From contig OZ024740.1 in the NCBI GenBank assembly GCA_964016885.1, positions 346,580,001-346,644,000 on the forward strand: a stretch of 64,000 nucleotides of DNA. The letters are read 5' to 3'. Below, piece after piece: positions 41,637-54,007 of this stretch. A model generated the notes under the pieces. That model was not told the DNA's origin, ran no database searches, and saw nothing but the letters and a program-made list of their open reading frames with translations. Numbering within the stretch: the stretch's first letter is position 1; the number at the start of each line of letters is the position of its first letter. Origin of the DNA: Eledone cirrhosa (lineage: Eukaryota). A program made the translations under genes and the position numbers.

Positions 41637-42385
41637 TTTATTAGGTGGGGGGTGAGGCTGACCCTGTACCCATCTTTCTTTACCATTTGTTTGGCATATT
41701 CTAAATCCTCCTGAGTTACCGTAAATGCTTCGAATAGTTTTGCTACTCTGGCGAAACTGAGGGTGGTTTTTATAATGTTGTTGTTGTTGCTATCGTTATT
41801 TGTGTTAATATTAATTTTAGTTTCAGTTGTGGTGGTGGTGATGTCAGTCGTCTTTGGTGGGGAAGAGTCCATTTTGCTTGATTTCATTTCGACATCACGA
41901 GTTAATTTATTTTTTCTTCTTTTGTTTCTGTTGTCGCGGTGGTGGTGGGGTGCTGGTTGTCGCGGTGGTGGTGGTGGTGGAGGCTTTAACACCTGCAGTC
42001 ATTGGTAATGGCGGGAAATGAATGTATGCCTGAGACAAATTTAAAATATTGCTACTGCTTATACTTTTTGTAGTGTTGGCAAACGTAGTTACATTTACAA
42101 TGGTGGTGTCGGTGTGAGGTGTTATAATTTGTGAGGAAGGCTTTCAGCTGCTTGGTGCAGAGGTGAATTAGTCATTTTTTTCTCAAAGAAATTTTTTGAT
42201 AATAATAAAAGTTTAAATTTTGGGCACAAGGCCCCAATCATTTTGGGTGTCTTTTTCGGAAAACAATGTATGTGCGCTTATATATGGTTAACAATAAACA
42301 TTTTCCATAAATGGCAATTTTTAACAAACGGAAATAACAAACCTTTGCGGAGCTCACGATGATACGATTTACTACGTAGGTCGCC

Positions 42386-42433
<48 letters not shown>

Positions 42434-42436
<3 letters not shown>

Positions 42437-43530
42437 GATAGGAAGACTAGGAAGCTATTGACTATCTACAACATGTTCCACAAGAGGAGTGATGTCGATA
42501 GACTCTACCTAAGGAGATCTGAGGGTGGAAGAGGTCTTATCAGCATAGAGGACTGTGTTCAGATGGAGAAAAACAACCTATACAAATACGTGACCTATAG
42601 TAAGGAGCCAATGCTCAGAGCTGTACTGAAGGAGGGGACAGTAGGCCAGGGGATACCCAAGGAGGAAATAACATCAAGGAGGAAGAGCAGCCTTAAGGGA
42701 AAATCCCTTCATAGTACCTTCTTTGAGAAAACTGAATTTAGAGATCCACAGACATGGAACTGGTTGAGAAGAGGAGACCTCAAAAGGGCTACAGAAGGAA
42801 TGCTAATGGCTGCGCAGGAGCAGGCCCTCAAAACGAAGTGGTTGAAGCACCATATCTACAAGGAGGAGGCTAGCCCACTGTGCAGGATCTGTGGAGAGAG
42901 AGAGGAGACTGTGGCTCACATTGTGTCCGAGTGTAAACACCTAGTCCAGACCCACTATAAGGGCTGGAGACACGATGTGATGGGCAGGGTGATCCACTGG
43001 CACCTGTGCAAAGTAAACAATCTACCACATTCTGAGAAATGGTATGAGCATAGGCCAGAGGCGGTGATGGAGAACAGTCAGGTGAAGGTGCTGTGGGATT
43101 TTAGGATACAGACGGACAAAAAACTGGAACACAATAGACCTGACCTGGTGGTTGTGGACAAAGAAAAAAGATCGTGCCTGATTGTGGATGTGGCCTGCCC
43201 GTTCGACACGAGAGTGCAAGAGAAGGAGAGGGAGAAAATTAACCGATACCAGGACCTAAATTGGGAGGTGAAAAGGATTTGGAACTGCCATGAAGTCAAA
43301 GTGATCCCGATTGTCATAGGCGCACTGGGGACTATCTCCAAAGGTTTCCAGGGATGGTTAAAGAAAATCGGCCCCTTCACGCTTTTTGGAACGCTTCAAA
43401 AGGCATGCTTGCTTGGAACGGCAAGAACCCTCCGATACGTCCTGAATATCTGAGGCTGCAGGTAGTGGCTTGATATTCAATCCAACGGACTTTCCAGTTA
43501 ACCAACATCAATGACTGAGATTCAAGGAAT
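42434..43530 (+). mobile_element. 5'-truncated R4/Dong-type RLE retrotransposon (family 1)
   Basis: The 339-aa ORF is nearly identical to 47023-48042. It has CCHC, RHD and RPD..D..K nuclease motifs and is flanked by (AAT)n. Confidence 0.95.
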
Positions 43531-43539
43531 AACAATAAC

Positions 43540-43592
<53 letters not shown>

Positions 43593-44650
43593 GGGAAGAA
43601 GACGCACGAGGTGACGGAGGTCATGAAATCGCTCCCGTAAGTTTTGAATTTTTAACATATTTAAATTATTTGTGAAATAACAACTCTTAGTACAAATGCT
43701 ACGTAAAGCACCCGGCTTGAGCCCCAAAAAATTCGGACCCAAAATATATTGTTATAAGGCTCAAATATTCAAATATTCAACTTTGTATTGTACACTGTAT
43801 ATCCAAAAAAAAAAATGGCTATAAATGGAAGAAGAAGAACCCCCCCCCCCCTCCTCTCCTCTGGCTACACTATATAGGACAGCTAAACTCACCAACACCA
43901 GAAACTAGATACACCGCCCACCCCATCATCTGTGTACACTAAACACAACAGCATTTTCACCTTCACCGCCACCGCTCACTACGGCCATCATTACCACCAC
44001 TATCCCATCACCGCCGCCACCACCCCCTGACTCCTTCACTGCTGCTGCCACCGCTACAGCACCAGCACTACAGTAATACGGTCGCATCACCGCCACCACT
44101 GCCTCGGTATCGACATCACCGCCACCACTGTCTCAGTATCGCCAACGCCGCTAGTCTCTGCTGGCTACCACTTCCACATTATAGAATTCCTACTACTAAC
44201 AAAGAGGAAGGCATCAAAATATATAGATAGACTCAAAAGAAAAAAGAAAAAACAAACAACAAAAGCAGCACAGCAACAACAGTAAAAAACGAGAAAAACA
44301 GAGAAAAACAAAAACAAAAAAAGAAACCCCCAAAACGTAAAGAAAATAAGAATGAAGAGAGAAGCAGGCGGACGGACAGAGAAGAGGGGGGAAAAACTAA
44401 AACTTAAAAAACAAAAACTAAGTCAGACATTCGAATACTACATTACAATGAAACTTATGCTTATTCATTTTTGGGGCCCTTTCTGCCCGTGTGTTTGTTT
44501 GTTTATGTGTGTCCGTATACAGCGTGGTGATAATGCCACACAAGGGCCAAGTGGGATGGCGGATCCACAGATGGCTATGTAAACATACATTCGCCAATCC
44601 TCGATAAGAGTGTTTAAATATCGAACATAAACAGTTCGAATAACGGTGAA

Positions 44651-45976
44651 ATGGAGACTAGAACGTCATGTGACAGACTCTCACCCAACAGGTGCCCCCT
44701 GGCTCAGCAGCAGGAACCTGACTGTCAACGAAATACTGCTGATGTTGGAGGAAGAAGAAGAAGGAAAGGGGCCAGAACCAACTGGACGAACGAATTGAAT
44801 AGAACTGTTATGCAATGCTACCTGAAAAGTAACCCCAAGGAGAGGGGCTACAGGAGACGGATGCATAACATCTGGAACGAGATTGGTTTATTTAAATTAG
44901 ATGAACAAAAATTGGCCGGGCAGGCTCGGGTAATAAGAACTAATGGGTGGATAAGCGAGCTGGAACTGGAGGAACTGAGCAGAGAGAATGGCTTGGAGAT
45001 GGCGGGTGTAGTATGCCAGACAAGCGAGCCGGCGGGAAATGAAGGTGAGGAGGTCCTGAGAGCGGAGGAACCACCCGAAGCAGACAATGATCTGAATACT
45101 GAGATAAATAATACCTGGAACAGAGATACGGCCACTGAGGAGATGAATGCTGACGGGCTAGGACAAGATTCGGTTGACATCCTAAATTTAGTGGTAGATG
45201 AGTTGAACAATGATAGTGGGAGACCTATGAACCTAAGATTTGTAGACAGGAAAAAGTTAAAAGAAACAACAGCTAAGGTAAACAAAGTCATCCCATACCT
45301 TGAGGCGAGGAGTCTTCACCAGTGCAACAATATCCTCAAAGCAACAGCAAATACGGTGAGGAAACTACTTGGTATAAAAGCGAGAGGAAACAACAGACAA
45401 GAAAGAGCAGAGCCGTGGTGGAAGAAGCGACTGAGTGGGCAAATCGGGGAAATGAGAAATGACATAGGAAAGCTTGAGTCACTACTGAATGGGACACTAA
45501 AAAACATAGGCACTAAAAATAGACTGGAAATAAAATACAAAACTAGGAGTAAAAAGCTAAATATTATCATAGAGGAATTGAAGCAACACATTGTAGCAAA
45601 GAATGCCAAAATCAGGCGATACGAGAACAGAGTCAGTCAGTATAAACAGAACCGCATGTTCGACAACAACCAGAAGATGCTGTTTGGACAGCTTGAGGGG
45701 AAAGAAAGAGGCACCGACTTGATCCCTGGGGCGGAACAAGCTAAAACATTCTGGAGAGGAATATGGGAGCAGGATGTTAGACACAATGCCCAGGCAGGGT
45801 GGATTGAGACAGTACAGAGGGAGATCGCTGAGCAGGCACAGCAACAGACTGATTTGAGTATCACAGTTGAAACTCTTAAGGGGCAAGCCAAAAAACTAAC
45901 CAACTGGAAATCACCAGGCCCAGATGGTGTGCAGGGGTATTGGATTAAACATTTAACATCCCTCCACCCAAGCTGA
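44651..45976 (+). CDS. Dong/R4 ORF, N-terminal part (Myb-like DNA-binding region to RT start)
   Basis: [48 protein letters not shown]. Confidence 0.88.
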   Translation: METRTSCDRLSPNRCPLAQQQEPDCQRNTADVGGRRRRKGARTNWTNELNRTVMQCYLKSNPKERGYRRRMHNIWNEIGLFKLDEQKLAGQARVIRTNGWISELELEELSRENGLEMAGVVCQTSEPAGNEGEEVLRAEEPPEADNDLNTEINNTWNRDTATEEMNADGLGQDSVDILNLVVDELNNDSGRPMNLRFVDRKKLKETTAKVNKVIPYLEARSLHQCNNILKATANTVRKLLGIKARGNNRQERAEPWWKKRLSGQIGEMRNDIGKLESLLNGTLKNIGTKNRLEIKYKTRSKKLNIIIEELKQHIVAKNAKIRRYENRVSQYKQNRMFDNNQKMLFGQLEGKERGTDLIPGAEQAKTFWRGIWEQDVRHNAQAGWIETVQREIAEQAQQQTDLSITVETLKGQAKKLTNWKSPGPDGVQGYWIKHLTSLHPS

Positions 45977-45981
45977 CGGCC

Positions 45982-48042
45982 ATGTTCAATGACTGCTTGG
46001 TGTCGGGTGAGGTGCCAGAGTGGTTGACAAAAGGTACCACAGTTCTGATAATGAAAGACCGAATCAAGGGTAATGATGTTACCAACTATAGACCTATCAC
46101 ATGTCTGCCCGTAATGTGGAAACTGTTGACGAGCATTGTGTCTGAGGAAATCTACCATCACCTCCACACAAACAACTTGTTGGCGGACGAACAGAAAGGA
46201 TGCCGAAAGAAGTCACGTGGTACAAAGGACCAGTTGCTTATTGATAAGATGGTAATGGGGAATTGCAGGAGGAGACACACTGATCTTGCCATGGGATGGA
46301 TAGACTACAGAAAGGCATTTGACATGGTGCCTCATTCCTGGATCACCAAAAGCCTGGAGATCTTCAGGGTGGCAGATAACATCAGACAGTTGCTGGGCAG
46401 GAGTATGGGGTCCTGGGAGACAGAGTTGACATCAACTGGAGTATCCTTGGGAAGCGTGAAGATCAAGAGAGGTATCTTCCAGGGAGATAGCCTGTCCCCT
46501 CTGTTGTTTGTCCTTGCCCTGATGCCCTTGACCATTATGCTGCGAAAAGTGAGAGCAGGATACAAGTTGGGAAGGGGAGAGCTTACCATCAATCACCTCC
46601 TCTTCATGGACGATCTTAAGCTCTTCGGGAAAAGTGAGAAGGAGTTGGATGTGCTTGTTGACACTGTCCGTATTTTCAGCAGTGATATATGTATGCAGTT
46701 TGGTATTGGTAAATGTGGAGTCATTGTGATGAGGAGGGGTAGGTTGAGCAGAAGTAACGGGATCCAGATACCAACAGGTGAGATGATAAAGGAAATTGAC
46801 TCTGAGGAAGGATACAAGTATTTGGGCGTTCTGGAGGCTGATGGCATAAAGAACAAAAAAATGAAGGAATTGTTAAGAACTGAATACATTCGGAGAGTAA
46901 GGAGCGTATTGAAGTCACATCTGAACAGCAGAAATGCCATAAGCGCAGTAAATTCCCGAGCTGTGTCTATTATTAGGTACAGTGCGGGAATTCTGAGATG
47001 GAATGTTGCTGAACAAAAAGAAATGGATAGGAAGACTAGGAAGCTATTGACTATCTACAACATGTTCCACAAGAGGAGTGATGTCGATAGACTCTACCTA
47101 AGGAGATCTGAGGGTGGAAGAGGTCTTATCAGCATAGAGGACTGTGTTCAGATGGAGAAAAACAACCTATACAAATACGTGACCTATAGTAAGGAGCCAA
47201 TGCTCAGAGCTGTACTGAAGGATGGGACAGTAGGCCAGGGGATACCCAAGGAGGAAATAACATCAAGGAGGAAGAGCAGCCTTAAGGGAAAATCCCTTCA
47301 TAGTACCTTCTTTGAGAAAACTGAATTTAGAGATCCACAGACATGGAACTGGTTGAGAAGAGGAGACCTCAAAAAGGCTACAGAAGGAATGCTAATGGCT
47401 GCGCAGGAGCAGGCCCTCAAAACGAAGTGGTTGAAGCACCATATCTACAAGGAGGAGGCTAGCCCACTGTGCAGGATCTGTGGAGAGAGAGAGGAGACTG
47501 TGGCTCACATTGTGTCCGAGTGTAAACACCTAGCCCAGACCCACTATAAGGGCTGGAGACACGATGTGATGGGCAGGGTGATCCACTGGCACCTGTGCAA
47601 AGTAAACAATCTACCACATTCTGAGAAATGGTATGAGCATAGGCCAGAGGCGGTGATGGAGAACAGTCAGGTGAAGGTGCTGTGGGATTTTAGGATACAG
47701 ACGGACAAAAAACTGGAACACAATAGACCTGACCTGGTGGTTGTGGACAAAGAAAAAAGATCGTGCCTGATTGTGGATGTGGCCTGCCCGTTCGACACGA
47801 GAGTGCAAGAGAAGGAGAGGGAGAAAATTAACCGATACCAGGACCTAAAGTGGGAGGTGAAAAGGATTTGGAACTGCCATGAAGTCAAAGTGATCCCGAT
47901 TGTCATAGGCGCACTGGGGACTATCTCCAAAGGTTTCCAGGGATGGTTAAAGAAAATCGGCCCCTTCACGCTTTTTGGAACGCTTCAAAAGGCATGCTTG
48001 CTTGGAACGGCAAGAACCCTCCGATACGTCCTGAATATCTGA
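45982..48042 (+). CDS. Dong/R4 ORF, RT plus CCHC plus restriction-like endonuclease
   Basis: 686 aa with [25 protein letters not shown] and [24 protein letters not shown]. Confidence 0.93.
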   Translation: MFNDCLVSGEVPEWLTKGTTVLIMKDRIKGNDVTNYRPITCLPVMWKLLTSIVSEEIYHHLHTNNLLADEQKGCRKKSRGTKDQLLIDKMVMGNCRRRHTDLAMGWIDYRKAFDMVPHSWITKSLEIFRVADNIRQLLGRSMGSWETELTSTGVSLGSVKIKRGIFQGDSLSPLLFVLALMPLTIMLRKVRAGYKLGRGELTINHLLFMDDLKLFGKSEKELDVLVDTVRIFSSDICMQFGIGKCGVIVMRRGRLSRSNGIQIPTGEMIKEIDSEEGYKYLGVLEADGIKNKKMKELLRTEYIRRVRSVLKSHLNSRNAISAVNSRAVSIIRYSAGILRWNVAEQKEMDRKTRKLLTIYNMFHKRSDVDRLYLRRSEGGRGLISIEDCVQMEKNNLYKYVTYSKEPMLRAVLKDGTVGQGIPKEEITSRRKSSLKGKSLHSTFFEKTEFRDPQTWNWLRRGDLKKATEGMLMAAQEQALKTKWLKHHIYKEEASPLCRICGEREETVAHIVSECKHLAQTHYKGWRHDVMGRVIHWHLCKVNNLPHSEKWYEHRPEAVMENSQVKVLWDFRIQTDKKLEHNRPDLVVVDKEKRSCLIVDVACPFDTRVQEKEREKINRYQDLKWEVKRIWNCHEVKVIPIVIGALGTISKGFQGWLKKIGPFTLFGTLQKACLLGTARTLRYVLNI

Positions 48043-48120
48043 GGCTGCAGGTAGTGGCTTGATATTCAATCCAACGGACTTTCCAGTTAACCAACATCAA
48101 TGACTGAGATTCAAGGAATA

Positions 48121-48122
48121 AC

Positions 48123-48191
<69 letters not shown>

Positions 48192-48197
48192 AAGAAG
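48121..48197. repeat. (AAT)n-(GAA)n compound microsatellite, right border of stack 1
   Basis: Read directly from the sequence. Confidence 0.95.
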
Positions 48198-49772
48198 GCA
48201 TTGAACATAGGAGAGTGAAAATATCATTTGCGTATACACGACAATCTATACACTGGGAAGTCATTGAAATCATTAAAAAAAAACCTCTTTCAAGCTATCA
48301 AGAATTTCCGTGTCAATAACAAGGCGTGTACAGACATTGAAACAAAATCCATCAGAAAAAGCAGCGCCGGACAAGATGCATGTTACATTTACGGTGCTCT
48401 GAGGAGAACTAAGCCACAGTATGATTGATGGACTAGGAAATGTACAATATAAGTTGGACCCATGAAGCACCAACTACACTATAGTATTCTAGAACACTAC
48501 GACAGAGCTGTGTTCAAATACATGACAAGTGTGGGGAGGAGTCCTCGCAACGAAAATACATCCATAACACATAGACGTCGTAAACACTCGAATTGTGGAA
48601 GCGCTTTCATTTCGGAACGAAAACCTACATAATATAGTGGGGTTGATTGGAATTCGAAAAAGCAAGTTTACTCATTATCCGTTCCTTAAGAGGTTTTAGA
48701 TTCAGAAATGGAAACTCACTATATATCTGATGTAGGATTCTAAATTCGGAAGCGCTCACAAATAAACACTACTATTAATCCAGTAAAGAGGCTCTTAGAC
48801 AGTAGTTTCACTATTTCAGATAATTTTTAATCATTTTTGTTTTTACCTAACCTATCTTTTATTGCCTTTTCCTCTCTCCCGTCCCTCATAAACCCACCTG
48901 AACCACACCGCATACCTCCAGTTAATCATTATTGTTCTAGGTTCCCTACACCAAATGAAGAATAAATTGAGAAATATATACCGTTTTAAGTAAGTATTAG
49001 CTCGTTTAACTTCGATCAATTATATTACATTTGAATTCCTTTCGACTTTTTCCCTATCTCTAATATTTCAGCGTTTTATAATATTGTCCATAATATTAAA
49101 TGGTATATAATAATTTAAAAAATAAGATGCGCATACAATGTTTATATAGATAGATTGTTTACAATACAAACGAACAGCACTTGATTCGCACAAAAATAAC
49201 TTGGAGAATTTTAAAAGATATAACTACGTTTTCAGACGTAATAATTATTATATAAACAGTCTTAGCAATACCTGTTTGCACCTTGAGTCGATGTTTAAAG
49301 TTTCCTTAAATTTGTGTTGGATATATTGCTTTTCATATATTGCTATATGCCGAGTTGTAGTTTTTTTTTATGTGTGGTTGTCTGTATAAATAGATATAAA
49401 CAACGGCGCCTTCGTTTTGTATGCATTTAGCAGATTACTATCGACTGCAAGAATGTTTTCAACGTCTTAGTTTAAGGTTGCCTTCTGAATGCTAACAGCG
49501 ACGTTATTGCGAAACCGAACTTCTGAACAGCACTGCCTTATCACTGAATTCTTTCCTGGCAACAGTGAAAATGTAACATGATTTACATCTAATTCATAGT
49601 CAATAATAATAAAGCATTATATATGACTAACGATTTTACTAAAGTGAAAATAAAAAGTGAATGTGAATCTTTTGCACGTTCCTTCAATCTGCTAGATATA
49701 GCTGCCTCATTCCATCAAATCCCAACTTACCTGTATAAAGAAAATGACGGAGACATCTTCCGTATATTTCTT

Positions 49773-49908
<136 letters not shown>

Positions 49909-52403
49909 AGCATAATTAGTATTACTTTGAAGTATCCTGCAAATAAACAACAGTAACTAGAAATTTAACGTGCTAAAAATATGCGTCACCAGTGAATTTA
50001 ATGTGCGGCTGCTTGCTAACAATATCGTTTAACAATGAAACATTCTAAATGCCGCAATACAATTTTAATCATTTAAAAACACGCAATACTTGTCAAATTT
50101 ACTTCATATATTTCGTTTATTATTTTGTGTCAAAATATTCATCGCTTTCTCTGCGAATTGGACAGATACATGCATACGCACATATATACATAAATGCATA
50201 TATACACAGAAACATATATACATGCATACACACATAAATTTCTTGTATATATGTTTTATATAAAATAAACTTTTGTAGTTTTACTTGATAGCATTCGATG
50301 CTTGAATTTTGGATGAAATGGGGAAATGCATGTGTCATATTTCAAGAAAATATTCTAATCTTCAAGTCAATAAGAATGAAAGAACATGAGATTATTGACG
50401 TATATTAAATATAGTACATGAAGTCAAGTTATTGCTATTGAGCCTGAGGTTAAGCCTGATCCTGCGGATCTACAGTCAACAATACTGCAGCCGTGAACAT
50501 TGTATTTTTTTGAGAGCTTATAGCAATGCATTATCCAATGTTTCTTTCATTTGTGTTATTTATAGTGTATGTTTTCGGAAGATTTAACTTATACATCTGG
50601 AAGTCGAGCTACCATACTGATGCTCCTTCATTGGATCATGAAGTTATTATTGTAATAACAGAAGAATTAAATTGTCGGTGGAAATGACTGACAGTAATTA
50701 TTTTGGAACCTTACCCCTTGACATGAAATCCCGTCGCACTCAATTTTAACTTTTATCATTCCGTGTGAATAGATAAAATTCCAATGGGGTTGAACGGCAA
50801 TGTCGAAAGATTATCAGATTAAATATTTTGCGATATTTGCTCCTGCTCTTTACATATTACTCCAAATCCTTGGATAATGGTCTTCGATCGGAGTCCGGTT
50901 TAACACAATGAATTGTCCCTTGGATGAATTAATTTCTACACACTCATTGTGAGCTCTCAAATCAGGTCTCACCATCGACGACAATTTTGTTCCTGTCTCT
51001 CACTGCCACCTCATCTCTTGAGAAGAATCGTGGGTAGTGTTCTACCTCCTTATTAAGCGATGAAAATAGTATTACGTCAGTCTAGATAGAGCAAACGTAA
51101 GTTCTAATAACTTCAAAGATTAGCCACCTTAGCCTTTCAATTTAGATATTACATATCATACTCTTTCTATATAGCGTTAATACTTCCCGTCAATAGTGTG
51201 TGATTTCACCTTGTTAGCGCATTACGTATCCTATCAGAGAATTAATCAAATTTAACCCATAAATTGGATTTGATAGTCACTAATTAAGTTTTAGATTGTA
51301 ATATAGTATGACAATATAATAGTGTAGTGACAGACATATTTGTGTATAAATATATTAGTTTAAATATGAACATGTACATGATACTTTTTTTTAACATACT
51401 GATAATATTTTACAAAATCCTAGTTGGTTTATTATGTCTTTTCAATGTTAGGCATTTATATTGTGCATTTATATTCAACAAAACATTCGACCAACATTCG
51501 AACACGGAAATATTCACTATTACCCAAGCAAAATTTGCTGTCGTTGAATATCAGGTTAACTTTTAATTTAGAGATAAATCTTTGCAGGATATGTTAACAC
51601 GTTTTGTTCAGATTCTTATAATTTTATATATAAACAATTAACTAAAACAAAGTGGTGCACTAACACTTTAAATGATAAATATTCGTTGAATAAGAAATCA
51701 ATTCTAATATGTTGAATATTCTTTGATTTTAGTTTTGATAACATTTTAAACAAGAATATCATTTGTGTATTAAGAGTAGTGGTAGTGAATGAAGCTATGC
51801 AGGTGGCTTATAGAAACGAAATAATGTAAATTGTTACACTATCCACTGGAAGTATCTGTCAAAGGTTCTAAAATAACATCTTATAAACGATAAGATGCAT
51901 TGGATATGGTAGTCGTAAATATGCATGGCCACAAAAAGAATGGTCACAGCTACAATAGAGCCCTAATCTACAGTAACACCAACATCTACTGAATGTTACC
52001 CACCGTACATTTCACCGATGTTCTGTTCCTATGATCAAAACAATATGTGTACAGAATAAGGTAGAATTGGGTTAACAGTTAGCAATATATGAATTGTATA
52101 TATATATGTATATATATATATATATCTTATTAATTCACGATGAAAGAATATTCAATCTCCGCTGTAGTGTACATCATGTATTTGCTGAATACTATCAGAT
52201 TCATGACGTCACCATCGTATTTGGATCACTTGATCACAATTACATAAACATTTTTAATTACTCCCCTTTATTAATTCTTATTCTTTGCAATAAATAATAT
52301 CCTCTTTTTTACTATCACTAATCATTTTGTTTTCATGTTGTTCTTCTCTCACCAGACATGGAAATACGCTTTTCACCATATCACATGACGACGTGTTCAG
52401 TTC

Positions 52404-52790
52404 ATAAATATTAATAATTGTTTCTATAATTGGCACAAGGCCAGCAATTCCCAGTACATTACTGGTACTTTATTTTATCGACCCCGTAAGGATGAAAGGC
52501 AAAGTTAACCTCGGTGGGATTTGAACTCAGAAGGGCAAGGGTCGTAACTCTATGCGTCAAAGCAAGGCGTCCGACCCTCTACCGATACTGACATTTCACC
52601 TATAAATATTAATAATTGTTTCCACTTTTGGCACAAGGCCAGCAATTACTCAGTGCATTACTGGTACTTTATTTTATCGACCCCGTAAGGATGAAAGGCA
52701 AAGTAAACCTCGGCGTCATTTGAACTCAGAATGGCAAGGACCGTAACTCTATGCGTCAAATGATGCGTCCGACCTATAAATGTTAATAAT
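52404..52790 (-). mobile_element. Two tandem tRNA-derived SINE copies with triplicated target sequence
   Basis: Copies lie at ~52419-52600 and ~52617-52774. ATAAAT(A/G)TTAATAAT occurs at 52404, 52602 and 52776. Confidence 0.88.
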
Positions 52791-53673
52791 GTTTTGAAAT
52801 TATAGACAGAATTTCGCCACTTCATAATATATATGAAGAATTCATATATTTATTGATATGTTTCTTTTTCAAAGAACTAATTATCTCCTGGAATGTAGAA
52901 GTTGAAGAAATGATTTGCATATATTGTTTTCGGGCATAAATTGATTCTTTAAGTGAATCAGATAATAACAGCCATTTACAAATTACACATTGTGTTCTTT
53001 CGGAATTCTCAAATGAATTATTTGCAATAGAAAGTTTTCGCGTTTACAATGTGACAACAAAAACGATAATACAGTAACATGTTGATGGTTGCAATTACCA
53101 ACGGCATGATAAATATATTTCCTTCGTGATTTAAAATCTTCAGATCGATAACTAAGTCACTTAGATATCGTCTATATGTATGTTTTCAGCTATGGTCTCG
53201 ACCATATTATTGGCAAGTGATGCGACTATATGAATAATTATTATTAGATGTCTTCAAGTGTTGATCGAGTTACGATATGTGGAGCTCACTTACAATTACA
53301 TTGATGAGCAATTTGTATGTAGAACCTTCTAAGAATAAATATCATTTTAAAAGATCAAGATGGATCTATATAAATAATGCCAAATTTATATCTAACACCA
53401 TATTCTGTACTATCACTGCCAAATATTTGATCCATTTTTTCTCGGCGTTAAGAAAACAACGAAGCAGCAAGCCAAGAAAACAGCCACCACGTCGTCATTC
53501 TACCTGCTAAAAATAGCAGTGAAATGTCTCTGAAATGGTAAGACATAAGGTAATCCAAGCAACATTTAGTATCTAATGCTGCGGTTTGTATCATTTATAT
53601 AGATCGTTGAGAGGTTCATTTTATCTATATCACTGCAAATCGAACAAAATATGATCGGCACATCCCTGGTCGG

Positions 53674-53744
<71 letters not shown>

Positions 53745-53856
53745 TAAGAGGAATTCCAACTTTGTCTGATTTACTCGTTTTATTTACAATCCTTTAAAAT
53801 ATATAATGGTATTATAATGAAATAGTATGATAGAATATTAAATTCGAAGTGTTAAT

Positions 53857-53895
53857 TGAACAAGTACTTTCATGCTTTCGCAATCTTCAGGTTCA
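53857..53895 (-). ncRNA. Minimal hammerhead (left palindrome arm)
   Basis: Same motif as 19394-19432. Confidence 0.72.
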
Positions 53896-53968
53896 TAATA
53901 TGTGGTGACAGTCAAGTTTGCAATTTTCAACTGTTGAAAATTGCAAACTCGACTGTCACCACATATTA

Positions 53969-54007
53969 TGAACCTGAAGATTGCGAAAGCATGAAAGTAC
54001 TTGTTCA
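53969..54007 (+). ncRNA. Minimal hammerhead (right palindrome arm)
   Basis: TGAAC-CTGAAGA-tTGCgaaaGCAt-GAAAGTACTT-GTTCA. Confidence 0.72.

Larger units (their letters stand above)
36500..42385 (-). mobile_element. Full-length Tx1/L1-clade element, family A copy 2 (least decayed)
   Basis: The termini match copy A1 (first ~50 bp identical). It has a 788-aa RT ORF and ORF1 CVVCGEGTHLRAFC, with (AAT)n on both sides. Confidence 0.96.
43593..48120 (+). mobile_element. Apparently full-length R4/Dong-type RLE retrotransposon (family 1) with ~1.06-kb leader
   Basis: A single long ORF broken by one frameshift. It has a Myb-like N-terminus, RT ([30 protein letters not shown]), CCHC and RLE, and is flanked by (AAT)n. 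Confidence 0.93.

Noticed and set aside
44473-44640. HDV-like ribozyme upstream of the Dong ORF (GGCCCTT/AAGGGCC and GGCGGAT/ATTCGCC stems, TCCTCG)
   Set aside because: The stems exist, but their order does not fit the HDV nested double pseudoknot by eye. A descriptor search would be needed
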